Assembly: GCF_001194135.2 (NCBI RefSeq)
Contig: NC_068981.1
Location: forward strand, 127,501,663 to 127,565,662
Length of the DNA stretch: 64,000 nucleotides
Source of the DNA: Octopus bimaculoides
Lineage: Eukaryota
Direction: 5' to 3'
Shown: positions 39,875 to 50,823 of the stretch, piece after piece
Numbering within the stretch: position 1 is the stretch's first letter
Layout: each line of letters begins with the position of its first letter
Notes under the pieces: generated by a model
Database searches by the model: none
What the model was told of the DNA's origin: nothing
The model's input: the letters and a program-made list of their open reading frames with translations, nothing else
Made by a program: the position numbers and the translations under genes

Positions 39875-40320
39875 ACACACACACTATAGGACTATAGGCA
39901 CAATGCCTGAAATTTTGGGGAGGGGGCTTGTGATTACATCAATCCCAGTGCTACACTGGTCTTTATTTTATCAACCCCGAGAGGATGAAAGGTTTTTGTG
40001 GGGACCTTGCCAAGTTGACCTCGACAGAATTTGCACTCAGAATGTAGAGACGGACGAAATATCGCTAAGCATTTTGTCCGGCCCGCTAACACTTTTGCTA
40101 CCTCGCTGCCATAATAATAATAATTATCATTTCATATTTTTGCCATAAGGACAGCTTGGGGGAGGTGGGGATGTGTCGATTACATCGACCCCAGTGTTCA
40201 ACTGGTACTTATTTTATCGACATTGAAAGGATGAAAGGGCAAAGTCGACCTCGGTGAAATAATAATAATGATAATAATGGTTTCAAATTTTACCACAAAG
40301 GCAGAAATTTTGGGGCAGTT
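39875..40320 (-). mobile_element. two to three Meta-domain-like SINE pieces
   Basis: gatgaaaggcaaagtcgacctcgg motif. Confidence 0.65.
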
Positions 40321-40429
40321 GATGGCAAAACTTCCATCCCTCACCCAAACCAACCTTTTTAACGTGTAAAAAGAACAATAATAACAAATTTCAAATAATG
40401 AATAAATTCCCAAAGGAGGGAGAATTCTG

Positions 40430-42545
40430 ATGGCTACTCATCGAAACCTCTCAAGACAATGGTCACCCTGACCACAAATGCAAGTGCCTTCTCTCTATTG
40501 TCCTCTTCCAATCTACAAATACGTGCTCAGAGTAGGCTCGCTTGGTTGGGCCATGCTTGCCACACTTATCCACTTTTCAATAAATTTTCTAGAGGCTGCT
40601 CTTTACTCCCTACCTCCACTTTTCTTTTTGAGTGAAATTTGAAAAAGTTGATGAGGGCTTGGACAAAGAGAAACTTGTCTGTCTTTAGCCCTGTCAATCT
40701 GGTTCACCACATAACCTCTTTCGCTAAGGCCAACAAACAGTTAAACACTGCTTCTCCTTCTCAGCCAAAGGGAAAGAGGCAGAACGATCTTCATGATGGA
40801 CTCAACTGATAGCCAGATCTATCCCATGCACAACAGCGGGTCTCAACATGATTCCATGTCAGTAGTGGTCAGACACTAGACGAATGCATGCAGAACAGTT
40901 TTGTCACTCTGCGTGTATCTCTGACAGGCTCGGCTGACGGCACATTCGTACCTGTAGAATTTATTTACAAGTAACAATGTCCCCCACCCACCCGTATCAC
41001 TACCAGATTAAGGATTTATGGAAATTATCCATTGGCCCTGACCCGAAAGTCTCCTGGAACAGATCAGCCAGTTGATTTTTGTGACACCCTGAGTTTCACC
41101 AAGACCGTCATTGCTCTTGCTCACACTAATCCTTGATAGAACGCCACAGTAAATTTCCTCTGACTGGTAGAGTGCTTCATGACATTCCAGATGTCAAGCA
41201 CCCTGACTTGGTCTTTGCTTGGCTCAGGATTGTAGCTTTATCAAAGAGACGAGCTGTGGAAATACCCTTGTAACAAATGGCGACCACACCTGTTCACGTC
41301 AAGGAATTGCTGGAGATATTGCAGTCTCAGCACACTAGCCACGGCATGCCCAGCCCTCTACTCAGTGGGTGTTGCCAGTGCATGGGATGTCTGACCAGTG
41401 GAACGCGTTCCCTCCATAAGAATCAGACTAGTAGATGCTCTAGTCTGGTAAGATGTCAGCTGAGGCAAGACAACTTGTCAGGCTGTTGTTTATAAAGAAG
41501 GCGATGTAAACGTTCACCCCCTCTGCCTAACATTTCAGTGATAACTTTCTCTTGGCACATCTTGTCCCAGTTCTTTGCGAAATCTTCACCAAACTAGACC
41601 CCGATCAGTTAAACCATACCGTCTGTTGAACACCCTACGATGCAGTAGACGATATGAATATGCCTCTCCAGGTACCGAGCTGCAGACCCATTGATTTTTA
41701 GTTGAATTTTGCTTCTGTAACTGCTTCATGTTCCTTAGAATAGTCTAATCACTTCAATGTGCTTGATATCCGGTGCCATAACGGTGATGTCGTCAGCGTA
41801 TGCTGATACTGTTTTTCTGCATCTTAGTTCGCACGTGATGCTCCACAAAGTCTCTAGTTTATGTAAATGTCAGTACATACAGAAGAGCATGATACTCAAT
41901 GATTCTGACAGATGACAACTCTACCACTGAGCAGGTGTCGCTGTACATTGCGGCGATCCAACTGCGAAAGATGGAATTTCGGAATTTGTGTTTAGCAAAA
42001 TTATTGGCCTAAAATTAGCTACATGTATCTCTCCACCACCCCCAGTTGGTTCCTTTCTCAGTAGTGTCATTGCTCATCAACTCATAGAACTGGGGGTTTT
42101 CCCATTCTGCTGTCAGTTGGAGTAACTATCTGCTATGAGATTTCCATACAAGTCTAGCATGTAAGAGCAGACAAAACAAACCAAGCAGTGAATTGCTTTG
42201 GTTTGTTATTGGCTTTTCGCAGCACTCCGCCTCTTTCATTGAGAGTTGAGGTAGGCTTTGATGTCCATTCTGCGATCGTCTCTTGTCTCTACTCGGGTTC
42301 AAGTAACACACACCCATCATGATCTGTCAAAGACTGAATTGTGGTTTTGTTTTCACGTTGCACCTCTACCTCTCAGGCCCATTGGATAGCTTTTGTCCCT
42401 TCAAGTGTTAGAGCATGTACCTTAGCACTGACAATGCTGCTTTCGTGCTTTGTGATGAAAAATTGGTCAAGGGCCAATTTTGTCATGAGCACATCGGTTG
42501 CGATGTCTTTCCTGAGCCTCTTTTAAGCTTCTAATCAAGTCTCCT
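40430..42545 (-). mobile_element. decayed Tx1/L1-clade LINE (ORF2 pieces)
   Basis: NFRPIILLN and AYADDITV on minus; 41040-41200 is similar to 45540-45660. Confidence 0.75.
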
Positions 42546-42579
42546 ATTTTTTTCTGATTCTACTCTAATTTCCTTTTTA

Positions 42580-42680
42580 GTATATGCAGATGATGTTACT
42601 GTAAAGATGTTGAATGCCACAGAAGTAAAGGTAATTGGTATTGTTATAAAGAAATATAAGGTGATGACAGGAGTATCGCG
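42580..42680 (+). mobile_element. Tx1-type RT fragment
   Basis: VYADDVTVKMLNATEVKVIGIVIKKYKVMTG. Confidence 0.55.
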
Positions 42681-42965
42681 TACACTTGAATGAAATTCCT
42701 CTCCCCTTTATTATATATATACGTGCTTTCGAACATAGCAGATAACAGTTAGCCTTTGGCTGCTATTTGGACCCCATTGTGTCCACTACTCTGATTGGTT
42801 GGTATGTGCACAATTTATCTCATACTCTGTCGTGCCAATATGCAGTGTATAACCAATTGGAGTTCTAAATGAGATCACGTGAGACAGCCTGTTCACAACC
42901 CCGTTTGAACCTACTGTTCCTTATAAGCACTCACCTTCTTGTCTCAAGGTCTTTGGTTCCAGACC

Positions 42966-45900
42966 ATCGTTCGCCCCACATTCTTATGTGATATATCTGC
43001 TTGTGTTTACCTTGAAGGTTAGTTGTTATAATTGTTGCTTGCTTGCAGGAATTATTACATTGTGCTTGTTGGTTTCCCGTAAGGGAAACGTTGTTAAATA
43101 ATTGTCTGTGTTAATGTCATCCTCCTCTAAGTGGGAAAGATATATAAATTGTGTTTACCGCTTGCAGTTAATTTTGAACCGTGTTCCTGTTTGGAACAAA
43201 AATTGTGGAATTTTCAAATATTTTTATTTAAAAATATTAAAAATGTCTTCTGTAGGACAAAAAAAGAAAAGAAAAATGAATTTTGCCGCCGCTGTTGGTG
43301 AACTTGAAACAATTACTTTAAAGATGGAAGATATACAGGCATACTATGGTATGATCACCAAAGAAAACGGTGAAAGTAAGATAACACCCCCGAGTGAAAT
43401 AAGAAACAAGACGAAGGAAAAGACCATTATATATAAAACATATGATGTGGAAAAGAAAAGATTGGAATATTTGGAGGAAAGCACAATTGAAAGGTGTCTC
43501 AGGCCGGTGATAAATGAAATAAATTACCTAGCCCAAGGCACAAGGTATGCGACCACCAAAGCAAGGTTTGAATCGATTGAGAAGGCAAGAGAATTTTCAA
43601 CTTGAACCTTGCTATGTGGCAACATCATGCTACTGCCTCTATATCTGGGATGCAGAATGTCCCGGGTAAGGATTAAGAACATCCCCCCAGAGGGGGAGGT
43701 AGTATGGATTGTTGCCTCACTCCTCTATAGGAGAGAGGACAAAATAAATATTATTCAGATCTCCAGAGACGCCCTACAGAATTGGCAGGGTCAAACTCTG
43801 GAGATCCTGGCACAAGTAACAAGTCTGGATTTGGAAGGTCTACCCAAATATTAACAACCGGTGGTGGAGTGCCCTTAAAAGAGCCATTTGACTTGAGTTG
43901 ATTAGATTTAGCAAGTAGTTAAGTCTAGGGCAGACTCGAGTAGAAAAGGAATTAGTTAAGGCATTAGAAGAGGCGCTGAGGATGGGCTCTGCACCCCAAG
44001 TGTTGGCGGTGAGATCGGCCCTGGACCGACACCTCCATGCCAAACACGAAGGATGCAGAGTCTGGGCTAAAATACGTGCACTGGGCCGTGAGGGTATCAA
44101 CGCTGCTGGGTGGGCTCGCTCAGAAGAAACCCAACGTGGCGTGGAGGCTATGATAAGGTCTGTGGTAGACGAGCATGGACAGGAGATCCAAAGACAAGGA
44201 AGAGATGTGCNNNNNNNNNNNNNNNNNNNNNNNNNNNNNNNNNNNNNNNNNNNNNNNNNNNNNNNNNNCTGAGTGATGTGAAGGGCCAATCACGGCCGAG
44301 GAGGTTATAGAGGTACTTTCCGAGTGCCCCGGGGACAAGTCGCCGGGATTGGATGGTCTACCTTACAAATTTTATAAAAATATGCCAGACTTGTTCAGGA
44401 ACGCACTGTCCAGTGTACAGGAATTGGCAGCAGAATGGGAGAATTCCCAAATCTGTGAGCCGAGGAGTGATCAGGAAGGACCCTAGAAAGGGGGATAACA
44501 TTAATAATTTTCGGCCCATAACTCTGCTAAACACAGAGTTAAAGATTTTGGCCAAGGTGCTAGCCAAGAGTGAGAATTGTCGTGGGCGACCTGGTAGGAC
44601 AGGCACAGACATGTGCTATCCCAGGAAGAATGATACATGACAACCTTCATTTCATTCGCTACACCATAGAGAGGGTTGGTAAAGTTCATGGCAAAAGTGG
44701 GGCACTGGTGAATTTAGACCAGTCTAAGGCATTTGATAGGGTCGACCATCGGTATCTGGCGGCGGTCGGACTGGGCCCGACCCACTTGATCTGTGTTAAG
44801 GTAGAAGTGCGACGGCATATGTGGATGATGTTACCATCATTGTGTCTGATGAAGGGCAGCTAACTCGTGTAGAAGACGCCAACCAGGAGAAATCAGTCAG
44901 CTAGCAACTCGGCACCTGGCGTGGCAAGTCGATGCCTCCCAGCAGTGTCGTTGGATGCTGGATGGAGGGCCCGGTTAAATTGCTTGGAATTTGGTTTGAA
45001 CCAGATTTCCAGCTGGAGAAAAACTGGAGCGAAGTGGTGAGCAAGATGACGACCATAACCCAGACCTGGTCTGGGAGGAAGTTATCTTTGCTAGGAAGGG
45101 CCGAGGTTGCATAGGTGTTTATAGCATTGGTGATAACCTACCACCTAACCATCGTGCCTTGTCCCGGTTTGTGGCTGACCAAGTTGGAACGGATCCTTTT
45201 CCACTTTTTGTGGAAAGTGAAAACGTCACTTGTGAGGCGCCTCATCTGCTGCCAAAAACCATTAAAGGGTGGACTGGGGATGCCTTGGCTGATGATGCGC
45301 AAGTACGCGCTGAGGCTGAGACATCTCTGGTGCTACCTGGATGGTGAGCAGGTGTGGTCACCGCATGCCAAGCAACTCTTTCCACAACTGAAGTATCTCA
45401 GGGACTTAGGTACATGGATCAAGCGGAGACTTAGGATGGGAGAATGGCAGAGGGAGTGCAGACAAGCACTCACTCTGTTCTCTCGGGCGAGCAATACCGG
45501 TAGCGAGGTTACCACTGTGGATTTTTAGAGAGGATTGGTAGAGTATAAGTCCAACAATATCCTGGGGGGAGACTCTGGGCTTTGATGGGGAGCAACTGAC
45601 CAACCTGTTCGGAAGGACATTCGGGCCGAGGTATCTGGATAACTTCCAGAAATCCTTGGCTTGGTTGTGCTACTGATCAGCCATAGCGGTTCGAGAGAGG
45701 TTGTCTAGACACGGTTTTGACACCTCCCCCATATGCCCAAGGTGCGGGCGCGCCAGTGAAACTGTCGCACACTGTGAGGAGTTGAGGGAGTTGATAACTT
45801 ATATCGGAAAACTGATGTCAGATGCAGAGAGAGTACGGCTCTCGACTGAGTCCATGATTAAGATCGTACCGCCTTCTTCCTTCAACAAGGAAAAGAAGGC

Positions 45901-46393
45901 ATCTTTTTTCTGCGTAGTAGCCATACTGAAAGAAACGGTATGAACGACACAAGCGAAAGAGATTGGGACAGGTCACTTCATCTCCGGACACGGGTTGGTA
46001 AGTTATTTCAACTTCCACCTGTTGAGAAAGATCCGTGTGGAGAAAAGGTGCCTGTCGCAAAGTACGTTCGGAAAAAGATGGATGTCTGTAGTAAGGAAGC
46101 TGAGGATGAATGGGGCCGTGCTAGCATAGCTGGTCAAGGCGAAAAGAAAGAAAAAAAAAACAAAGNNNNNNNNNNNNNNNNNNNNNNNNNNNNNNNNNNN
46201 NNNNNNNNNNNNNNNNNNNNNNATAAAATAACCCGGAACATTATTTTATTAATTTTTAATTGTATATAATTTTATTTCATCCTTTTATCCAATTTTTTCC
46301 GTTTCATTGTGACCCAAACCATTTGTAAGAATGTAAGTGTTCGTCTCTTGTAGTGTCCTCTCTATGTATACCTTTATAGGTAAATAAAGAAAT
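42966..46393 (+). mobile_element. Tx1-clade non-LTR retrotransposon with both ends, internally deleted
   Basis: ORF1 43243-43854 (in-frame TGA 43603); ORF2 remnants KSPGLDGLP, NFRPITLLNTELKILAK, LDQSKAFDRVDH, YVDDV, KGGLGMP, CPRC...H...C; no endonuclease segment seen; AATAAA tail; perfect 16-bp TSD TCTTTGGTTCCAGACC at 42950-42965 and 46394-46409. Confidence 0.92.
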
Positions 46394-46409
46394 TCTTTGG
46401 TTCCAGACC

Positions 46410-47110
46410 TTGTAAAGCCTAGCCACTGACCACACAAGACACAGCCAGTTCCAGCGACAACACCCGCCTAACAGCAACACGCCCCAATACAGTACTGTTC
46501 GTGAATTACTTCACCATGGATCAACAGTAAAGATACAACCTGCGAGCCAGACGACAACACCTGTCCAACAACATTACGGCAATCTCTTTCTTCGTCGCCA
46601 CTATCATCTTAACGTCGTCAACATCATCTCTACGTACACAGCTCAAGCAACACTGCACAGGTTCCAACACAGCACTGTTTGCGAATTACTTTACCATGGT
46701 TAGCAGTAAATACAACCTGCGAGAACTCCTGTACAAGTGACCCAGGCAGCAGCATTACAACCACAACTTCGTACATGTACTGCAACCAGATCTGCATCAT
46801 CGCTGCAACTTCTTGATACAGTATTTCAACTACCGTGTACAATTGACTACGAAACTGGTATTTTTCATTTTTGTGTCTATGAACAATCGTCTAACTTCTC
46901 ATTATAGACTTTCTCACTGTTCTCTTCATTGTAGTTCTTATATGTACTTAACGCACACGCATACATCCATGCCTATACACATACACACACTTTGTTCTCA
47001 TGACGGCCTGTCTATTATTTTGTATACATGACACATACACACATGTTAACATATCAATAAAACTCTCTTAAACATTCTATTCAGTTGTGTCTCTCTCTTT
47101 TCCTCACTGG
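46410..47110 (+). mobile_element. downstream half of the LTR-like repeat split by Tx1 (upstream half ~42690-42965)
   Basis: internal ~55-bp direct repeat (46490-46545, 46670-46725), AATAAA near 47057; upstream half has CCAAT, TCACGTGA and TTATAAG. Confidence 0.4.
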
Positions 47111-47759
47111 CACATTATATGTATTATCCCAGCCTTCCGAACAGAGTCGTTATTAGATAGTTTCACCTCGTGAGACCACGACCATCTATAGCAGCATAGA
47201 TTTTTTTTTAAATAAGTGGATGCCTACCTACTAATACGGAGTAAAGATTAGCCTGGAAAAGTCAGTGAGATTGCAGCTCTGTACCTTAAGAGGCAAGTCA
47301 ATGCTTTTGGTGTTTAACATTACTGCCTGGTCCTTGGGATAAGTCTACTTTGTTACAAGTACTTGGGCCCGGTCTCCAATTTGAGAAGAATTTCGCTCTA
47401 CAAGTTTTGAAAGCTCTGAAAAACTTAAGGGTAAGAGACGCTGGCTTCTCCCTTCAGACAAAATGGTAATGTGTACATATTTTCTTGTTTCTGGAATCAA
47501 ACGTGTTCAAGCAGATAATGCTAGCAGTAAAGAGTAATTAGATAACGTATGTTTATTTAAACTGGTACAAATAGACATTGTCACAATATTTCTCAATCAA
47601 CTTAACATGTTGCATGATTTGAGATAGCTGACAGTCAATTTTGTCAAGACAAAAACAAAGCTAATACAACTGTCTGAGGGAGGGAGTGCTAAGGAATATG
47701 AATTTAGACCCTGGATCATCTAAATAATATATATATTCTGGTTCAAGTAGAATGAATAT

Positions 47760-47960
47760 GCTACATCACAAATAACAGAATATCCATTGTATGTACATCT
47801 GAATGAGAACAATCTACACCTGTGGATTTAATAAAGGGTTTGGTTCGAAATTTCGAGTATGTTATCGAATATGAAAGACAACTGAAAAAGGCCGGAGTTA
47901 CAATGGCCAAAACGTTGTAACTACACCCAAAATCGGAACACTCATCCGAATATATGTGTA
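47760..47960 (+). mobile_element. Penelope-like terminal repeat fragment
   Basis: ctgaaaaaggcc...ggccaaaacgttg degenerate hammerhead-type core at 47882-47917. Confidence 0.55.
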
Positions 47961-48390
47961 TAGTAATAATAATTTCCCATCTCAGAAATTCAAACAGATG
48001 TATGTATACCGTATAAGATAGTACAGTGTTATTTGAAGGATATACAAGGTGCACGTGTGTGAATACTTGCATGAAAGCTTTATGTCTGCATGTTTAATCT
48101 TGTTTAATTGTATGTGACAAAAGTTCATGAGATTGCATACGCCTAACACTATAGTGTATTGTGCATTTTTTATATTTTAATGCTGTAAAATAAAATAAGA
48201 ATGTATCCGGGTTGAAATTACTCCTAAGAACTATTTGTAATGTACTTCTGTCTCTTGTTAATAAAAAAGAACAGGGCTAGAGAGACCTGAAAGTTTATGT
48301 ATCATTGGTGTATGCGCTTTGTCCAACATATCTGAAAACAATTGTGCTATCTTCATCGCGACAGATGTTCTTGGATATCTATACCAGCTG

Positions 48391-49638
48391 GGTACTACTC
48401 AAGCAGAGCGGACCCGAACGCGCTAGCTAGTCGTGAGTGGTCGATCCTACGAAAAGTGCGTGCGCGCGCGCACAAATGAGTATATGTATGCGCGTGCGCG
48501 CGTATGCAAATTAGTAAATAATTTCTTTTAAACAAAGTAAATAATTTTTTTTTAATTACTTTTTTCTTTTCTAAACAACGTAGATAGGTAGAAGGAATAA
48601 AAATAACACACTATCTGTTTTTGTTAACTTCATACATTTTTTTTCTTTTAATTAAATTTTGTGAACAAAATAATTTTTATTTTCTAAACAACGTAAATAA
48701 ATTTTAAAAAAGGTGCACATTGGGATTAGACACTGAGGGAAACTTGATATGCTAGNNNNNNNNNNNNNNNNNNNNNNNNNNNNNNNNNNNNNNNNNNNNN
48801 NNNNNNNNNNNNNNNNNNNNNNNNNNNNNNNNNNNNNNNNNNNNNNNNNNNNNNNNNNNNNNNNNNNNNNNNNNNNNNNNNNNNNNNNNNNNNNNNNNNN
48901 NNNNNNNNNNNNNNNNNNNNNNNNNNNNNNNNNNNNNNNNNNNNNNNNNNNNNNNNNNNNNNNNNNNNNNNNNNNNNNNNNNNNNNNNNNNNNNNNNNNN
49001 NNNNNNNNNNNNNNNNNNNNNNNNNNNNNNNNNNNNNNNNNNNNNNNNNNNNNNNNNNNNNNNNNNNNNNNNNNNNNNNNNNNNNNNNNNNNNNNNNNNN
49101 NNNNNNNNNNNNNNNNNNNNNNNNNNNNNNNNNNNNNNNNNNNNNNNNNNNNNNNNNNNNNNNNNNNNNNNNNNNNNNNNNNNNNNNNNNNNNNNNNNNN
49201 NNNNNNNNNNNNNNNNNNNNNNNNNNNNNNNNNNNNNNNNNNNNNNNNNNNNNNNNNNNNNNNNNNNNNNNNNNNNNNNNNNNNNNNNNNNNNNNNNNNN
49301 NNNNNNNNCTTTTTTAAAATTTATTTACGTTGTTTAGAAAATAAAAATTATTTTGTTCACAAAATTTAATTAAAAGAAAAAAAATGTATGAAGTTAACAA
49401 AAACAGATAGTGTGTTATTTTTATTCCTTCTACCTATCTACGTTGTTTAGAAAAGAAAAAAAGTAATTAAAAAAAATTATTTACTTTGTTTAAAAGAAAT
49501 TATTTACTAATTTGCATGCGCACATATGTATTCATTTGCACGCGCGCTCGCGCGCACTTTTCGTAGGATCGACCACTCACGACTAGCTAGCGCGGACGCG
49601 CGACTGCGCGTTCGGGTCCGCTCTGCTTGAGTAGTACC
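48391..49638. mobile_element. long-TIR foldback (Mutator-like) element with central gap
   Basis: arms 48391-48712 and 49309-49638, ends GGTACTACTCAAGCAG / CTGCTTGAGTAGTACC; 9-bp flanks taccagctg / tacgagctc (7/9). Confidence 0.8.
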
Positions 49639-49869
49639 TACGAGCTCTCTGTCTTGGTCGTCTGCCCGGCCGACTGATGTGACAAAAGTGTAGGTGCCAA
49701 AAGCAACACTTTTATTGGGTACAAGAAGAAGATTCTAGAAGATTGAATCACGCAACAGCTTTCCACTGATTTAATAGACCAATCACATGAGACTACTGCG
49801 GTTCGGTTGTAGTGTTTGACCGGCTACCTAGCAGTTAGGTTTCGAATCACCCCTACAGTAATAACAAAG

Positions 49870-50140
49870 CAAAGTCTTGATTGTTGAGTGATGGTACCTT
49901 GGAAAGGTGAGATAGAATGGGATCATGAAAGGGAGACTCTAAAATATGATGGCTTTAGAGAATTGTGGGAGACACAAGGATGACAGTGTATAGTGCTTCC
50001 AACACAGGTAGATTGCCATGGGTTTGTAGCTGGATTGACAATGTCCTATTTGGCAAACACTATAATTATGAAGAGTCACAAACAGTAATTCAACGAACAT
50101 GAGATTGAAAAACAAAATGTTTCATCGTGGATATGGTAGA
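49870..50140 (+). mobile_element. HERO/NeSL-like restriction-like-endonuclease LINE, C-terminal fragment
   Basis: frame 49891-50136 MVPWKGEIEWDHERETLKY...G*QCIVLPTQVDCHGFVA...SSWIW. Confidence 0.6.
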
Positions 50141-50529
50141 CGCATGTGAGAAAAATACCAGCGCCGAGAGCAAAAAAATAAAAAATAAATAAATAAACAG
50201 CAAAAATATACCATATCTTCTGCAAATAGTGAAGCAAGTTAGTTGCTATGCAGTTGGAATAGTTACACTTGTACCTTGATTACTGTGTTGGTTCCAAGGA
50301 TAACGGTGGCGAGAAACGTGTTGTAGTTTCGGTCAGAATAACAAGGATATTCTCTTGTGGTATCAATACTACTTAGTACCACTCAAAAGAGCAATGATAT
50401 CGGAAGATGCTCATATCTTTGTGGTTTCCAGTTAATAGCTGATGAAGGGACGTTGAAAGTTTGCTTGTCATCGGTTCCCCGCCACCTCTTTTTATATTTC
50501 GAAACTGTTCAGCCTGGAGTTGATATTAA

Positions 50530-50823
50530 CCCATAAACTGTGATAGGCCACCTCAGTGGCCTACGCGACAGTGCAATAGGCCACCTCAGTGGCCAATGCA
50601 ACAGTGCTAGAGGCCACGGAAGTAGGGCATGATCTGACCGAATTTTGATGACGTATAATGTATGCACACGGATACCCTTTCACCCCAGAAACAGTGTAGC
50701 CAATCACAGAAGGTGTTAAGAAACACTGAGTATTTTTTTCGAGTGATAGATCGATGTTGACCTTTATCCAAAATAGGCTCAGCAGTTCGTGTTACATACA
50801 GCAAAATCCCAGCAGTTAATGGG
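50530..50823. mobile_element. piggyBac-type MITE, 294 bp
   Basis: TTAA at 50526-50529 and 50824-50827; TIRs CCCATAAACTG / CAGTTAATGGG. Confidence 0.85.

Noticed and set aside
43603-43605. In-frame TGA in Tx1 ORF1 as programmed readthrough or selenocysteine
   Set aside because: The element has many other disabling mutations; a simple nonsense mutation is more likely.
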